13,637 nucleotides of DNA from Promethearchaeota archaeon (GCA_048938295.1 JBHLMI010000042.1:1-13637); one strand, 5' to 3'; shown: positions 1-8,122, counted from the stretch's first letter. Notes: a model not told the origin generated them from the letters alone. Translations and numbers: made by a program.

Positions 1-334
1 GCACAAGATAGAGAGCCAGTATCATTCCCGTTCGTCCAAGCCCTCCGTAACAGTGAACAAGTGTCGGGAGGTTGCTTTGTTGATAAGCATCAATTATTTC
101 AAGGGCGGCTGCCCGTTGTTCTGGTAAGCCGGCAGTAAAATCGGGTATAGCAACGGTTCTGATTTGTATTCCGAGCTGTTGAGCGCGTTGCCGATCATCT
201 GGATCGAATGGATGCAATGATAGAATAGCTCGAATTCCCTGTTTTTGATATAACCAATCCAGACAAGGCCCAGGATATCTGGATCCCGCCAGCTTTCCCC
301 TTATCAGCCAGTAAAACCCACAGGTTTCGAACAT
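1..334 (-). CDS. Dual-specificity / protein-tyrosine phosphatase (CX5R family), 3'-truncated by the window edge
   Basis: Manual translation from ATG at 334: MFETCGFYWLIRGKLAGSRYPG...RTVAIPDFTAG...PTLVHCYGGLGRTGMILALYLV. It has the HCxGGxGRT catalytic loop and an upstream IPDF general-acid loop. Not in the ORF track because no stop lies inside the window. Confidence 0.9.
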   Translation of the reverse strand, partial: MFETCGFYWLIRGKLAGSRYPGPCLDWLYQKQGIRAILSLHPFDPDDRQRAQQLGIQIRTVAIPDFTAGLPEQRAAALEIIDAYQQSNLPTLVHCYGGLGRTGMILALYLV

Positions 335-440
335 AGAAGCCCACACTCTAAAATTAGAGACACAAGGAAGTAAATAGCTTTTTTAGTACTTGGATACTGC
401 TTAGGCTTATCTTGTGATCAACCTTGTGACGTGGTTGTAA

Positions 441-1262
441 ATGACTAGGGTCGCTTTGATGAAGTTCGGAAAGGATGTAATGGCAGCTTTTCAACAAGCA
501 CTCAAACTAATTGGTGGCATTCCTGACCTCAAAACGCCAAACCGGGAAATTCTATACAAACTTGGCGTATTTGACCCAAGACAGAAAGCCTACACTACAG
601 TACCTATGGCACAAGCGATTGTTGAAAGTTTTCCCAAGGCCCCAAAAATTTGGTTACTCGAATCTGATAATTACCGAGGAACGGGTACCGAACGCCTGCA
701 AATATGGCAAGACTTGTTTTCTGATCGTGTCGTGCCCTTTAATCTCTCGGAGGATACCGAAACAAGGAATGTGAAAATTGCTGGAGAAGATATGGAATTA
801 TCACACTTATTATTCGATAACCGTGTGCTGATTAGCTCACATACCCTGCGACGGTATGCAAGGGGCTCGGTGATTAAGAATCTCTTTGGTTTGCTTCCGA
901 TGAGAAAGAAAGCAGTCTATCACAAGAACTTAGAAGAAGTCGTTCTTGACTTGTTTAAAGCTGTAGGCGGGATTGATTTAGCTGTAATTGATGGAACGGC
1001 TGTCTTTCCATCACCAGCGGCCAAAGAAGACAAACGAATCCCCATGAACGTGTTTCTTGTTGGGCGTGATGCAGTAGCTGTAGATGCCGTTGCTTTTGCA
1101 CTAATGGGTAAGGATCCCAAAAAGCTGAAAATGGTTCAGCTCGCAAAGAAGCAGGGTTTAGGAGAAGCGGATTTAGATAATATTGAGATCGTAGGCAGCG
1201 ACTTTGAGACCATTAAGGAAGCAATCAAGGCTGGATATTTAGAAAGAAACATCCGTTATTGA
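441..1262 (+). CDS. DUF362-like domain protein
   Basis: 273-aa ORF with TTxP, ESD, KNLFG, AVIDG and GRDAVAVDAVA..MGxDP segments typical of DUF362. The usual KPN and KxH motifs appear degenerate. Confidence 0.7.
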   Translation: MTRVALMKFGKDVMAAFQQALKLIGGIPDLKTPNREILYKLGVFDPRQKAYTTVPMAQAIVESFPKAPKIWLLESDNYRGTGTERLQIWQDLFSDRVVPFNLSEDTETRNVKIAGEDMELSHLLFDNRVLISSHTLRRYARGSVIKNLFGLLPMRKKAVYHKNLEEVVLDLFKAVGGIDLAVIDGTAVFPSPAAKEDKRIPMNVFLVGRDAVAVDAVAFALMGKDPKKLKMVQLAKKQGLGEADLDNIEIVGSDFETIKEAIKAGYLERNIRY

Positions 1263-1267
1263 AGGGC

Positions 1268-2449
1268 TTACAGGGATTTCTGAAGAATTTCAAAGGTTTC
1301 GGTTATTTGTGGATGCCATTCATGATAAAGCTCAAGCCGTCGTTGGTCGGCCTGTAAGAATTTCGCAACTGCAGGTGACTGGAGTATCTGGTTGAGAATG
1401 AGAGCTTTGTTAAGATAGGGAATAGAAGCCTCAATTGTCGCCTCCCAGATTGCTAACGCCTCCTCAGCCTGCTCAAGTGCTAGGGGAAGGGTATCGATAG
1501 GAAAGGGATTGGGAATTAGGTCATCGACGTTTTGCGAAGGGTTTAGCCCCATTATGATGAGCACTTGTTCAACAGGCGTATCTTTAGGAAGAATCGCATA
1601 CCAAAGTGAAGTCTGTTCATTGATTAAAACCGAATAGACCTGTGAGCGAAGCTGCACGAATCTTCGTAGATGATCCGTACCTTCCAGCAGCCGATTAACG
1701 AGTCTTTGGCTCGATTGCAGTACATCGGGAGAATAGGTTGCTAATTCAGATGATTCGGTCACGAACATGGGCATCACTGAGACTACTTGCGAGATTGTAT
1801 CGAGATATCGAGCAAATTGCTGCAATGTTGTGGCTGGATCACCACGCGTATCGATTTCTTGAAGAATTGTGGATAATGGAACCAAGAAGTCCCGACGTGC
1901 ATTCTCTTCCCATGCCGTCAAGATTGTGTTAATATTCATAAGAAATTTGCCAGAGAATTTTTCAATTAACCTTTGCATATCTGGTGCAATCGAGATGAGT
2001 TGATGAGAGGTCACAATGAGCCGGTCTAGTTCCTGAGCGGCATCTCCGAGGACCCACCGTAGATAAGCCTGGTCAAATTGCTTCTTCTGTAGGATTTTAG
2101 ATGCAGCGATTTCACGGTTGTCAAATTGGATGAGTTCGCGTTGATTTCCACCAAGGTTCTTCAATAATCCTAGTGTGTGATCGACCCATTCTTGCACCAG
2201 CTGGATGTAATCTCTGGCATACAAAAGGGTCTTAACTAGTGATTGTAACCATTCTGTTTCAAGCTGAACAGTCGTATCAGGCTCTTGTAGAATCGTTTTG
2301 AGCTGATCAATTTCATAAATTCCAGAATCCACTTGGAATAAAGCGACTATGTAATCGCGTACAGTCTCGGAATGTCGGGTGAAGGCCTGAAGAACAGTTG
2401 TCATCAAATTTGTCTTCGATTGTCTATGTAAAGGCGTTTCGGAAGACAC
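1268..2449 (-). CDS. Hypothetical, predominantly alpha-helical protein (393 aa)
   Basis: Long ORF with a GTG start, convergent with the DUF362 gene and 5 nt from it. L/Q/E/I-rich amphipathic pattern; no motif recognised. Confidence 0.8.
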   Translation of the reverse strand: MSSETPLHRQSKTNLMTTVLQAFTRHSETVRDYIVALFQVDSGIYEIDQLKTILQEPDTTVQLETEWLQSLVKTLLYARDYIQLVQEWVDHTLGLLKNLGGNQRELIQFDNREIAASKILQKKQFDQAYLRWVLGDAAQELDRLIVTSHQLISIAPDMQRLIEKFSGKFLMNINTILTAWEENARRDFLVPLSTILQEIDTRGDPATTLQQFARYLDTISQVVSVMPMFVTESSELATYSPDVLQSSQRLVNRLLEGTDHLRRFVQLRSQVYSVLINEQTSLWYAILPKDTPVEQVLIIMGLNPSQNVDDLIPNPFPIDTLPLALEQAEEALAIWEATIEASIPYLNKALILNQILQSPAVAKFLQADQRRLELYHEWHPQITETFEILQKSL

Positions 2450-2539
2450 GTCAGAAAATACCTTCCTGTTAAGAAGACCGCAGGTACTTTTTTACTCTAT
2501 GTTCAGGGGGTTTTTGTGCTTCATTGAGACACTATTAAC

Positions 2540-3877
2540 GTGAAATCTCTTACTAGTTCAGCCACTGATTTGAATCCCCCAAAGAGAAAGCCACCTGAAC
2601 CACGACCAAGCTACACAGAGGTCTTTCGCGCCATTGAGAGCAAGCGAGACCGGCTTATAGCAATTTTAGGGGACCTCATTCGAATTCCCACAGTTGTACC
2701 ACCTGGAAATAACTACGAAGCAATGGTCCAGTATCTAGAGCCCCATTTCCAACAGCTAGACTTTCAAACGGAACAAGTCGTTGTTCCCCAGGAAGCAATC
2801 GAAGAGATACCACTACCCCTTGATGGACCCCGAGTGAACCTTGTCGCGCGCCAGAGTCATGACAATTCCGAAACGGTGACCATTTATGCACACATGGATG
2901 TGGTTCCAGTAGAAGAGCCCTGGACGAAAGATCCCTTCAATGCCATCCTCGAAGACGGTAAACTATACGGTCGAGGAGCCATTGACATGAAAGGAAGCAT
3001 AGCTGCTATGCTCGTTGCCTTCGAGGTGATTCAAGAATTAGATCTCAAACCGAAGTTCAACATCATCTGTACCCTGTGTACTGACGAGGAAATCGGTATG
3101 TACCCAGGCATCTACCACCTCGCAAAAGAAGCGTATGTCCAGGGGCATGTCATTAACACTGAACTGGGTGGACAGATGCCACTTATTGTGGCTGGCGTTG
3201 CTGGAAATGTGGATATCACGATCACAACTAGGGGTCGAAGTTGTCATTCAGGCATGAACTTCATGGGTGTCAACGCCATCGAGGCTATGGTACCTATTCT
3301 CCACGAAATTTATCGCCTTAAAGAAGAGGTGGAGAAACGAGAATCCAGCATTCCATTGGTTCCCCTCTTACGATCGCTAGGGGCGCCTTCAGACAAGGTC
3401 ACGCCTATGTTTAACATTGACATCATCCGAGGTGGGACGAAAAGTAATATCGTTCCGGCTGAATGTGAGGTTGTCATTAACCGCCGCTATATTCCAGAGG
3501 AAACCTATGAACAAGTTGTCAAGGAAATCGAACAAGCCATCGAGCGAGGGAAAGCAAAGAGCAGAGCTCTCAGCGTGGAAACCACCTTCATTCACTCCTA
3601 TTGCCCCTTCAAAGCAGATACATCTAGCAAGTACGCAATGAAAATGCGCGAGGCTCTCAAAGCGGTTCATAACTATCAAGATGAGGAATTCATTGTCGGA
3701 GGCGCAGCAGCATCCACCGATATGGGCTTTATCACTCAAGCCTGTGACATCAAACATGTCATCGGAATGGGTGCTGCATCCTTTGATAACCTCTCAGCAC
3801 ATAAAGCAGATGAATGGGTTCGCATCGATGACCTCGTCAACATGACAAAACAGTTAGTCCACTACCTTTGCTTCTAG
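2540..3877 (+). CDS. M20 family metallo-hydrolase (ArgE/DapE-like deacylase/peptidase)
   Basis: YAHMDVVP, GRGAIDMKG, DEEIG, dimerisation-domain GRSCHSG...GGTKSNIVP and C-terminal SAHKADE metal-ligand motifs. The exact start is uncertain. Confidence 0.92.
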   Translation: MKSLTSSATDLNPPKRKPPEPRPSYTEVFRAIESKRDRLIAILGDLIRIPTVVPPGNNYEAMVQYLEPHFQQLDFQTEQVVVPQEAIEEIPLPLDGPRVNLVARQSHDNSETVTIYAHMDVVPVEEPWTKDPFNAILEDGKLYGRGAIDMKGSIAAMLVAFEVIQELDLKPKFNIICTLCTDEEIGMYPGIYHLAKEAYVQGHVINTELGGQMPLIVAGVAGNVDITITTRGRSCHSGMNFMGVNAIEAMVPILHEIYRLKEEVEKRESSIPLVPLLRSLGAPSDKVTPMFNIDIIRGGTKSNIVPAECEVVINRRYIPEETYEQVVKEIEQAIERGKAKSRALSVETTFIHSYCPFKADTSSKYAMKMREALKAVHNYQDEEFIVGGAAASTDMGFITQACDIKHVIGMGAASFDNLSAHKADEWVRIDDLVNMTKQLVHYLCF

Positions 3878-3908
3878 CCAAGAATTACTTCCGACGGTGG
3901 GATTATGC

Positions 3909-4172
3909 TTAGAATAGAAAAGCTATCCACGGCGTACTCAACGCCATCCACTGCATCGCGATAAAGAGCACGATTCCTCCTAGAACCATTTGTCGTCCCC
4001 TGGAGGGCTTCCATCCAGACAGCCAAAAGATCACTCCCAAAGTGATTAGCAGGGCAGCAATGAAGTTTCCGATGAAGAGAATTACTCCCCACGCGATAAT
4101 CAGGTATTGGATAAGCTGGGCAATGATTGAATCCAGTGTTATTTGACTTGTCAAGAGTGCCTGTGTCTTCAT
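3909..4172 (-). CDS. Small membrane protein with VirB2/TrbC pilin-like topology
   Basis: 87 aa: long hydrophobic helix, basic loop SGWKPSRGRQM, then a second hydrophobic helix starting VLGG. SD-like GGAGATG 4 nt before ATG. The family call rests on topology only. Confidence 0.65.
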   Translation of the reverse strand: MKTQALLTSQITLDSIIAQLIQYLIIAWGVILFIGNFIAALLITLGVIFWLSGWKPSRGRQMVLGGIVLFIAMQWMALSTPWIAFLF

Positions 4173-4211
4173 TTTGCATCTCCTAGGTCTCTAACTTAGT
4201 GTGTGTTCTCC

Positions 4212-4304
4212 GAATCGAACTCAACAAGGCCCAATGCTGAGATGATTCGATTCCCGCCTCATGATCAGAACCCTTCAGAGGGCACCCTACCCTCTGAACT
4301 GAGG
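4212..4304 (-). other. Candidate structured leader / palindromic regulatory element
   Basis: Hairpin 1: GAATCGAA (4212-4219) pairs with TTCGATTC (4246-4253), with an inner 7-bp stem 4220-4226/4235-4241 that has a G-U pair on the minus strand but an A-C mismatch on plus. Hairpin 2: perfect 9-bp inverted repeat TTCAGAGGG-N7-CCCTCTGAA (4274-4298), enclosed by CCTCA/TGAGG. Confidence 0.4.
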
Positions 4305-4453
4305 TAGGTGTTTAATGTCCCCGTAAAACAACCGGCGACACAGGTTTGTACACTGTAAGCAACTTAAACCCCAAAAATGTGCAAATACCATTGGTTTACT
4401 GCCCCATCCAACAACTTAATTGATAAAACCCATTAAACTTGGACGAGATTTTC

Positions 4454-5341
4454 ATGGCGAGTGAATACTTGGAGACAGTGACAGACCAAATTTTCCTTGT
4501 GCGCGGTGAGAATGCAGGACGATTCCCCCGAGCCCATTCGCTTCTCATAACCGCTGATGAAACCGTGTTGATAGATACGGGTTGTGGGATTTCACGGTTA
4601 CAGGAGCTCATCGAAGCATTTGAGATAGATTACATCATCAACTCGCATACTCACCCCGACCATTCTGCAGGAAACTGGCTCTTCCAAGACCGACGGATTT
4701 TCGTGCCCCAAGAAGCTTTCAGTACCAGCGGCGATCTCATGGGACTTTCAAAACGCTTTGCCGGAGATGTCCTTGCCCCGATATGGCGTCAATTTGCACA
4801 AACTCAGATGGGCTTTCAGAACTGTCGTCCTACCCACAGTTATAATGGGAGTTCTGAATTTCGGATTGATGAGATCGTACTTACTCCTATCTATACGCCA
4901 GGCCATACCATGGATCACTATTGTTTCTATTATGCGCCGAAACGCATTCTCTTCTCCTTTGACTATGACCTTACATCCTTTCCATGGTATGGGCACGTGG
5001 AATCGAGCCTGAGCGAATTCCGCCAATCAATCGCGCAGTTGAAGGCGTTGCCGACCAATATGATTGTATCCTCTCATCGAGGAATCATTACCAATAAAAT
5101 TAAATCAGAATGGAAGGCCTATTCACAGAACCTTGATGAGAGAAGCCAGCGAATCCTAGACCTACTCACGGCACCAAAAACCCTCGATGAATTGGTTGAA
5201 GAAAAGCCCATTTACCGGAAGTTCCCCTATCAGGAACCTCTTTTGCGATATTGGGAGAAGATTATGATTCAACTGCACCTTGAGGAATTACAAGATGATG
5301 GCAAAGTGCAGAAAAAGGGTATGCGGTATTTTCGCAAATAA
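4454..5341 (+). CDS. MBL-fold metallo-hydrolase with a probable C-terminal winged-helix
   Basis: LIDTG, HTHPDH (HxHxDH), TPGHT and SSH motifs. The ORF track starts at TTG 4439; ATG 4454 or TTG 4469 is more likely. Confidence 0.9.
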   Translation: MASEYLETVTDQIFLVRGENAGRFPRAHSLLITADETVLIDTGCGISRLQELIEAFEIDYIINSHTHPDHSAGNWLFQDRRIFVPQEAFSTSGDLMGLSKRFAGDVLAPIWRQFAQTQMGFQNCRPTHSYNGSSEFRIDEIVLTPIYTPGHTMDHYCFYYAPKRILFSFDYDLTSFPWYGHVESSLSEFRQSIAQLKALPTNMIVSSHRGIITNKIKSEWKAYSQNLDERSQRILDLLTAPKTLDELVEEKPIYRKFPYQEPLLRYWEKIMIQLHLEELQDDGKVQKKGMRYFRK

Positions 5342-5378
5342 CAATTAAGGGAAAGGCATTAGGTTTCCCTGAAAGAAT

Positions 5379-6320
5379 TCACTTGGCTGGAGAGTCGAGC
5401 AGGGTATCCAACTGGTGTTGGCCTAATCCCGGGAATTTATGGTGAGGGAACATCACCATTGAGTGGACAACAAGGCTGTAGGGAGACTCTTTGAGTTGGG
5501 AATCGATGCTTTCCACCTGACGAAGATTCTCAACGGCGAAATCCAGCAGTAGCGTTGGTTCATCGGTTAGCAAATAGGAAGTCCAATATTCTAAGGGATA
5601 CTCTTGAACCAGCCAAGCGACCAGCTGTTTGGGTGTGATAGACTCGGAATCATAACGGACGCGGCTTCGAAATTCTATTTGATCAGCCAAACTTCGTAAC
5701 CATTCGACCGTAAACCGAATCGTAGACGTTTCCTGAAAGTCGTGTAGAAGCATTCGAACTCGTTTGGCAGACATTCTGGTACGGCGGGCGATATCTACGA
5801 TGGACATTCGGGGATTTTCACGGAGGCATCGTAACACGTTGAGCTGCATCGGTGACAGTTGGAAGTCTAATCCTTGAGGCTTGACAAACGATTCGGTAGT
5901 CCCATATGGATGCATTTCAATGGCATCATGAATCTCAACATCGGAGACGCGGTCAAGTCCTCTGAGAAATTGACCAAAGTTCACTGTACCCATTTTTCCG
6001 CGGACTTCGGCTTCAACATCATACCTTCCATCTGCTAGACGCGAAACGAGACGGACAACTGGGCTTTCCCCAATCTGGTTGATTAAGTCCCAAGTATTTT
6101 CAGAACCCAGTGTGGTAACTTCTGCGATCACTAGATGTACTCCGAGAACTTCTGGATTAAATTCAATGATGAACCGTTGAATTACCCCGGCGTCCATCAG
6201 TTTCTCAATTCGGGTTCTGATGGTTTTACTTGACACCCCGAGTTTTCGGGCGAGTATTCGATAGGACTGCCGGCAATTGCCTTCTAATTGGGCAATGATG
6301 CCCTTATCAACCAAATCCAA
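5379..6320 (-). CDS. Tandem-domain Lrp/AsnC-like transcriptional regulator (2x HTH + RAM-like)
   Basis: N-terminal HTH DKGIIAQLEGNCRQSYRILARKLGVSSKTIRTRIEKL and second HTH QLNVLRCLRENPRMSIVDIARRTRMSAKRV. TTG start with GAGGG SD upstream. Confidence 0.85.
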   Translation of the reverse strand: MDLVDKGIIAQLEGNCRQSYRILARKLGVSSKTIRTRIEKLMDAGVIQRFIIEFNPEVLGVHLVIAEVTTLGSENTWDLINQIGESPVVRLVSRLADGRYDVEAEVRGKMGTVNFGQFLRGLDRVSDVEIHDAIEMHPYGTTESFVKPQGLDFQLSPMQLNVLRCLRENPRMSIVDIARRTRMSAKRVRMLLHDFQETSTIRFTVEWLRSLADQIEFRSRVRYDSESITPKQLVAWLVQEYPLEYWTSYLLTDEPTLLLDFAVENLRQVESIDSQLKESPYSLVVHSMVMFPHHKFPGLGQHQLDTLLDSPAK

Positions 6321-6554
6321 AAATGACCCTCTGTGTCAGGTGGTGCCGTACCTTCTTTAACAGGAAGTATATATCGATTCACTTTTCGACCTACTGAGGC
6401 GTTGAACTGAATTTTACACCAGAGTGTGCAAAATCTTGCGAAAATCAGCTTGCTAGTGTCGATTGTTGCACTCCATGGCTCCCGTTGATTGATATGTGGT
6501 CTGATACATTGTTCAGTTGGTCTTGGAACCCTCACAATTGGATGGTGATGAAAA

Positions 6555-6815
6555 ATGGCAAGCAAAGATGTGGGACAGGAACAACAATTGGATTACGTTC
6601 CCACGGACGGAAAAGAGGGAGTGAGATATTCCTGGGTGTATGAAACGTTGCAAGGGCAGGATGTTGAAATCCAGGTGGTATCCTCAGGATATGGCCGATT
6701 TACCATTGATACACCATGGTATCGAGCACAGGTTCGAACCCTTGATCTACTCGATACTGTTGTTCACTTTTGTCTAACCATGTACGGCGCTGGAAAACTT
6801 ATCCTTGTCTTATAA
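6555..6815 (+). CDS. Small hypothetical protein (86 aa)
   Basis: ATG preceded by a GGTGA SD (6544-6548). Fills the space between the Lrp gene and the 144-aa gene without overlap. Confidence 0.65.
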   Translation: MASKDVGQEQQLDYVPTDGKEGVRYSWVYETLQGQDVEIQVVSSGYGRFTIDTPWYRAQVRTLDLLDTVVHFCLTMYGAGKLILVL

Positions 6816-6834
6816 TAGTGATAAAACATAGATG

Positions 6835-7269
6835 CTAATTGACCTTGTTCTTTGGAGGTTTGAACTGGGCGAATAGCGCTTTACTAGGTTCCTTCTTAAA
6901 GGCATAAGAAGCAATCCACACGCCTTCATCACTGAAATAATCTAAACTAAATCCTGCTGCTTGTAAATCGAGGATGTACTGAAAAAGGATAATCGTTTCC
7001 TCCAAAGACGTGCGGAGTTCACTTTGGTTTGGAGAAGCCCCCTCGTTGATTGTGAGATTAGCGTCTAAGCCCCACATCTTTTCCGGAAGGGATATTTCGA
7101 CTTCCATTTTGATTTGACGGAACTGTTGAGGTGTACGGATGAGAAGGATTCGGATTCGATCAGTTTCATGAACCGGAACGGCATTCTCGAAAACGCCATT
7201 TGGAGCAATCTTATTTCCACGGATGGAACGCAGCCGCCGGTATTCTTTGATCAAATCCGAATACCTCAT
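6835..7269 (-). CDS. Hypothetical protein (144 aa), paralog of 10172-10600
   Basis: Aligns along its length with the extended ORF at 10172-10600 (YSD, ETD, SLP, AGFxL, EGxWxA, PS, PP). Conservation at protein level supports real coding. Confidence 0.85.
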   Translation of the reverse strand: MRYSDLIKEYRRLRSIRGNKIAPNGVFENAVPVHETDRIRILLIRTPQQFRQIKMEVEISLPEKMWGLDANLTINEGASPNQSELRTSLEETIILFQYILDLQAAGFSLDYFSDEGVWIASYAFKKEPSKALFAQFKPPKNKVN

Positions 7270-7288
7270 GTCATCCTGGCTCCTTGTT

Positions 7289-7306
7289 GGGTCACCCCTC
7301 CAATTG
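7289..7306 (-). repeat. Copy 1 of the 18-nt leader motif CAATTGGA-RGR-GTGACCC
   Basis: Plus strand GGGTCACCCCTCCAATTG; 16/18 identical to 11521-11538; 19 nt upstream of ATG 7269. Confidence 0.55.
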
Positions 7307-7474
7307 TGTAAGGATATGCGTGCAGAAAGGTTGGGTTTGGTGGCATTTCTATTGACGTGTCCTAGATGGGTTCCAAATGCGGTTAAAAATCACAGAATTG
7401 TGACAAATTGGGGAGCCTGTTCAGCAGAAACAGAACCACACCTTTTCGTGGAGGGGACAGCTCTAAGGCAAGGC

Positions 7475-7482
7475 TTTTTATA
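7475..7482 (+). promoter_or_regulatory. Putative archaeal TATA box for the ssb transcript
   Basis: TTTTTATA preceded by purine-rich AAGGCAAGGC (BRE-like), in the divergent intergenic region. Confidence 0.45.
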
Positions 7483-7502
7483 GTGGTGTTCGTTTGGCTG
7501 GT

Positions 7503-7549
7503 ATATCAGCGCCGAAACGTGAATTGTGTCTGGGCTAGACACCTGATAT
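7503..7549 (+). other. Candidate structured 5' leader or small RNA upstream of ssb
   Basis: ATATCAG (7503-7509) pairs with CTGATAT (7543-7549), stacked on GTGTCT/AGACAC (7526-7531/7537-7542). It begins about where a TSS would fall given the TATA at 7475. Confidence 0.35.
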
Positions 7550-7614
7550 GGTTGAGTCCCGAGTTACGTTCTCTTTTTGGAAGCCTGATTTGAGATAGAT
7601 ACGTGGTACCGAAA

Positions 7615-8109
7615 ATGAGCTATGATCGAGAGCCTGTAGAGGCAACAGTCGCAGACCTGCGACCCAGTATGAAAAGTTTGAACATCACCTTCAAAGTCGT
7701 CGAAAAGGGCGAAGAACGCGAAGTCACCTCACGTCGTGACAGCGAAACCCACCGAGTACTAGATGCTGTAGCCGGTGACTCCACTGGCACAGTTGTACTC
7801 TCCCTTTGGGACGATATGATTGACACAGTCGAAGAGAACAAGAGCTATCGGTTGGAAAATGGCTACACCAGCCTCTTCCAAGGCCATCTCCGATTGAACA
7901 TCGGACGCTATGGCGAACTGAAAGACGCAGAAACAGAAATTGCAGATGTCGACATGGATAACGACCTGTCTGCTGCTGAACATGAACGACCACCCCGTCG
8001 ATCCTTCGGTGGATATGGCGGCGGTCGCAGTTACGGTGGCGGCAGAGGCGATTATCGTCGCGGTGGCTCACGCCGAGGTGGCCGAGACCGCGGCCGAGAT
8101 CGTTACTAA
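7615..8109 (+). CDS. ssb: Single OB-fold single-stranded DNA-binding protein (crenarchaeal SSB/RPA type) with RGG/YGG tail
   Basis: TVADLRPSMKSLNITFKV...GDSTGTVVLSLW...ENGYTSLFQGHLRLNIG matches the Sulfolobus-type SSB OB-fold pattern, followed by a G/R-rich tail. Alternative GTG start at 7603. Confidence 0.88.
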   Translation: MSYDREPVEATVADLRPSMKSLNITFKVVEKGEEREVTSRRDSETHRVLDAVAGDSTGTVVLSLWDDMIDTVEENKSYRLENGYTSLFQGHLRLNIGRYGELKDAETEIADVDMDNDLSAAEHERPPRRSFGGYGGGRSYGGGRGDYRRGGSRRGGRDRGRDRY

Positions 8110-8122
8110 AAATTGATTTACA

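Noticed and set aside
4240-4262. TTCGATTCCCGCCTCA resembling a tRNA T-arm and 3' end
   Set aside because: The flanks (GATGA / CCCGC) do not form a T-stem and no cloverleaf can be built upstream.
4237-4325. TPP-riboswitch-like words in order on the plus strand: CTGAGA, ACCCTT, GAACTGA, TAATG, CGTA
   Set aside because: No 5' GGGGUG P2 strand, no proper P5 stem or closing AGGGA, and CTGAG is tied up in another stem. Only an Rfam RF00059 hit would rescue it.
7512-7551. Hammerhead-like order GAAA...stem...CTGA
   Set aside because: The core reads CUGAUAU rather than CUGANGA (G8 and A9 missing) and stem III has only about 1 bp.
7996-8103. GGC/GGT-rich short repeats resembling a DNA repeat array
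   Set aside because: Explained by the Gly/Arg codons of the SSB tail; no spacer-separated direct repeats or CRISPR structure.
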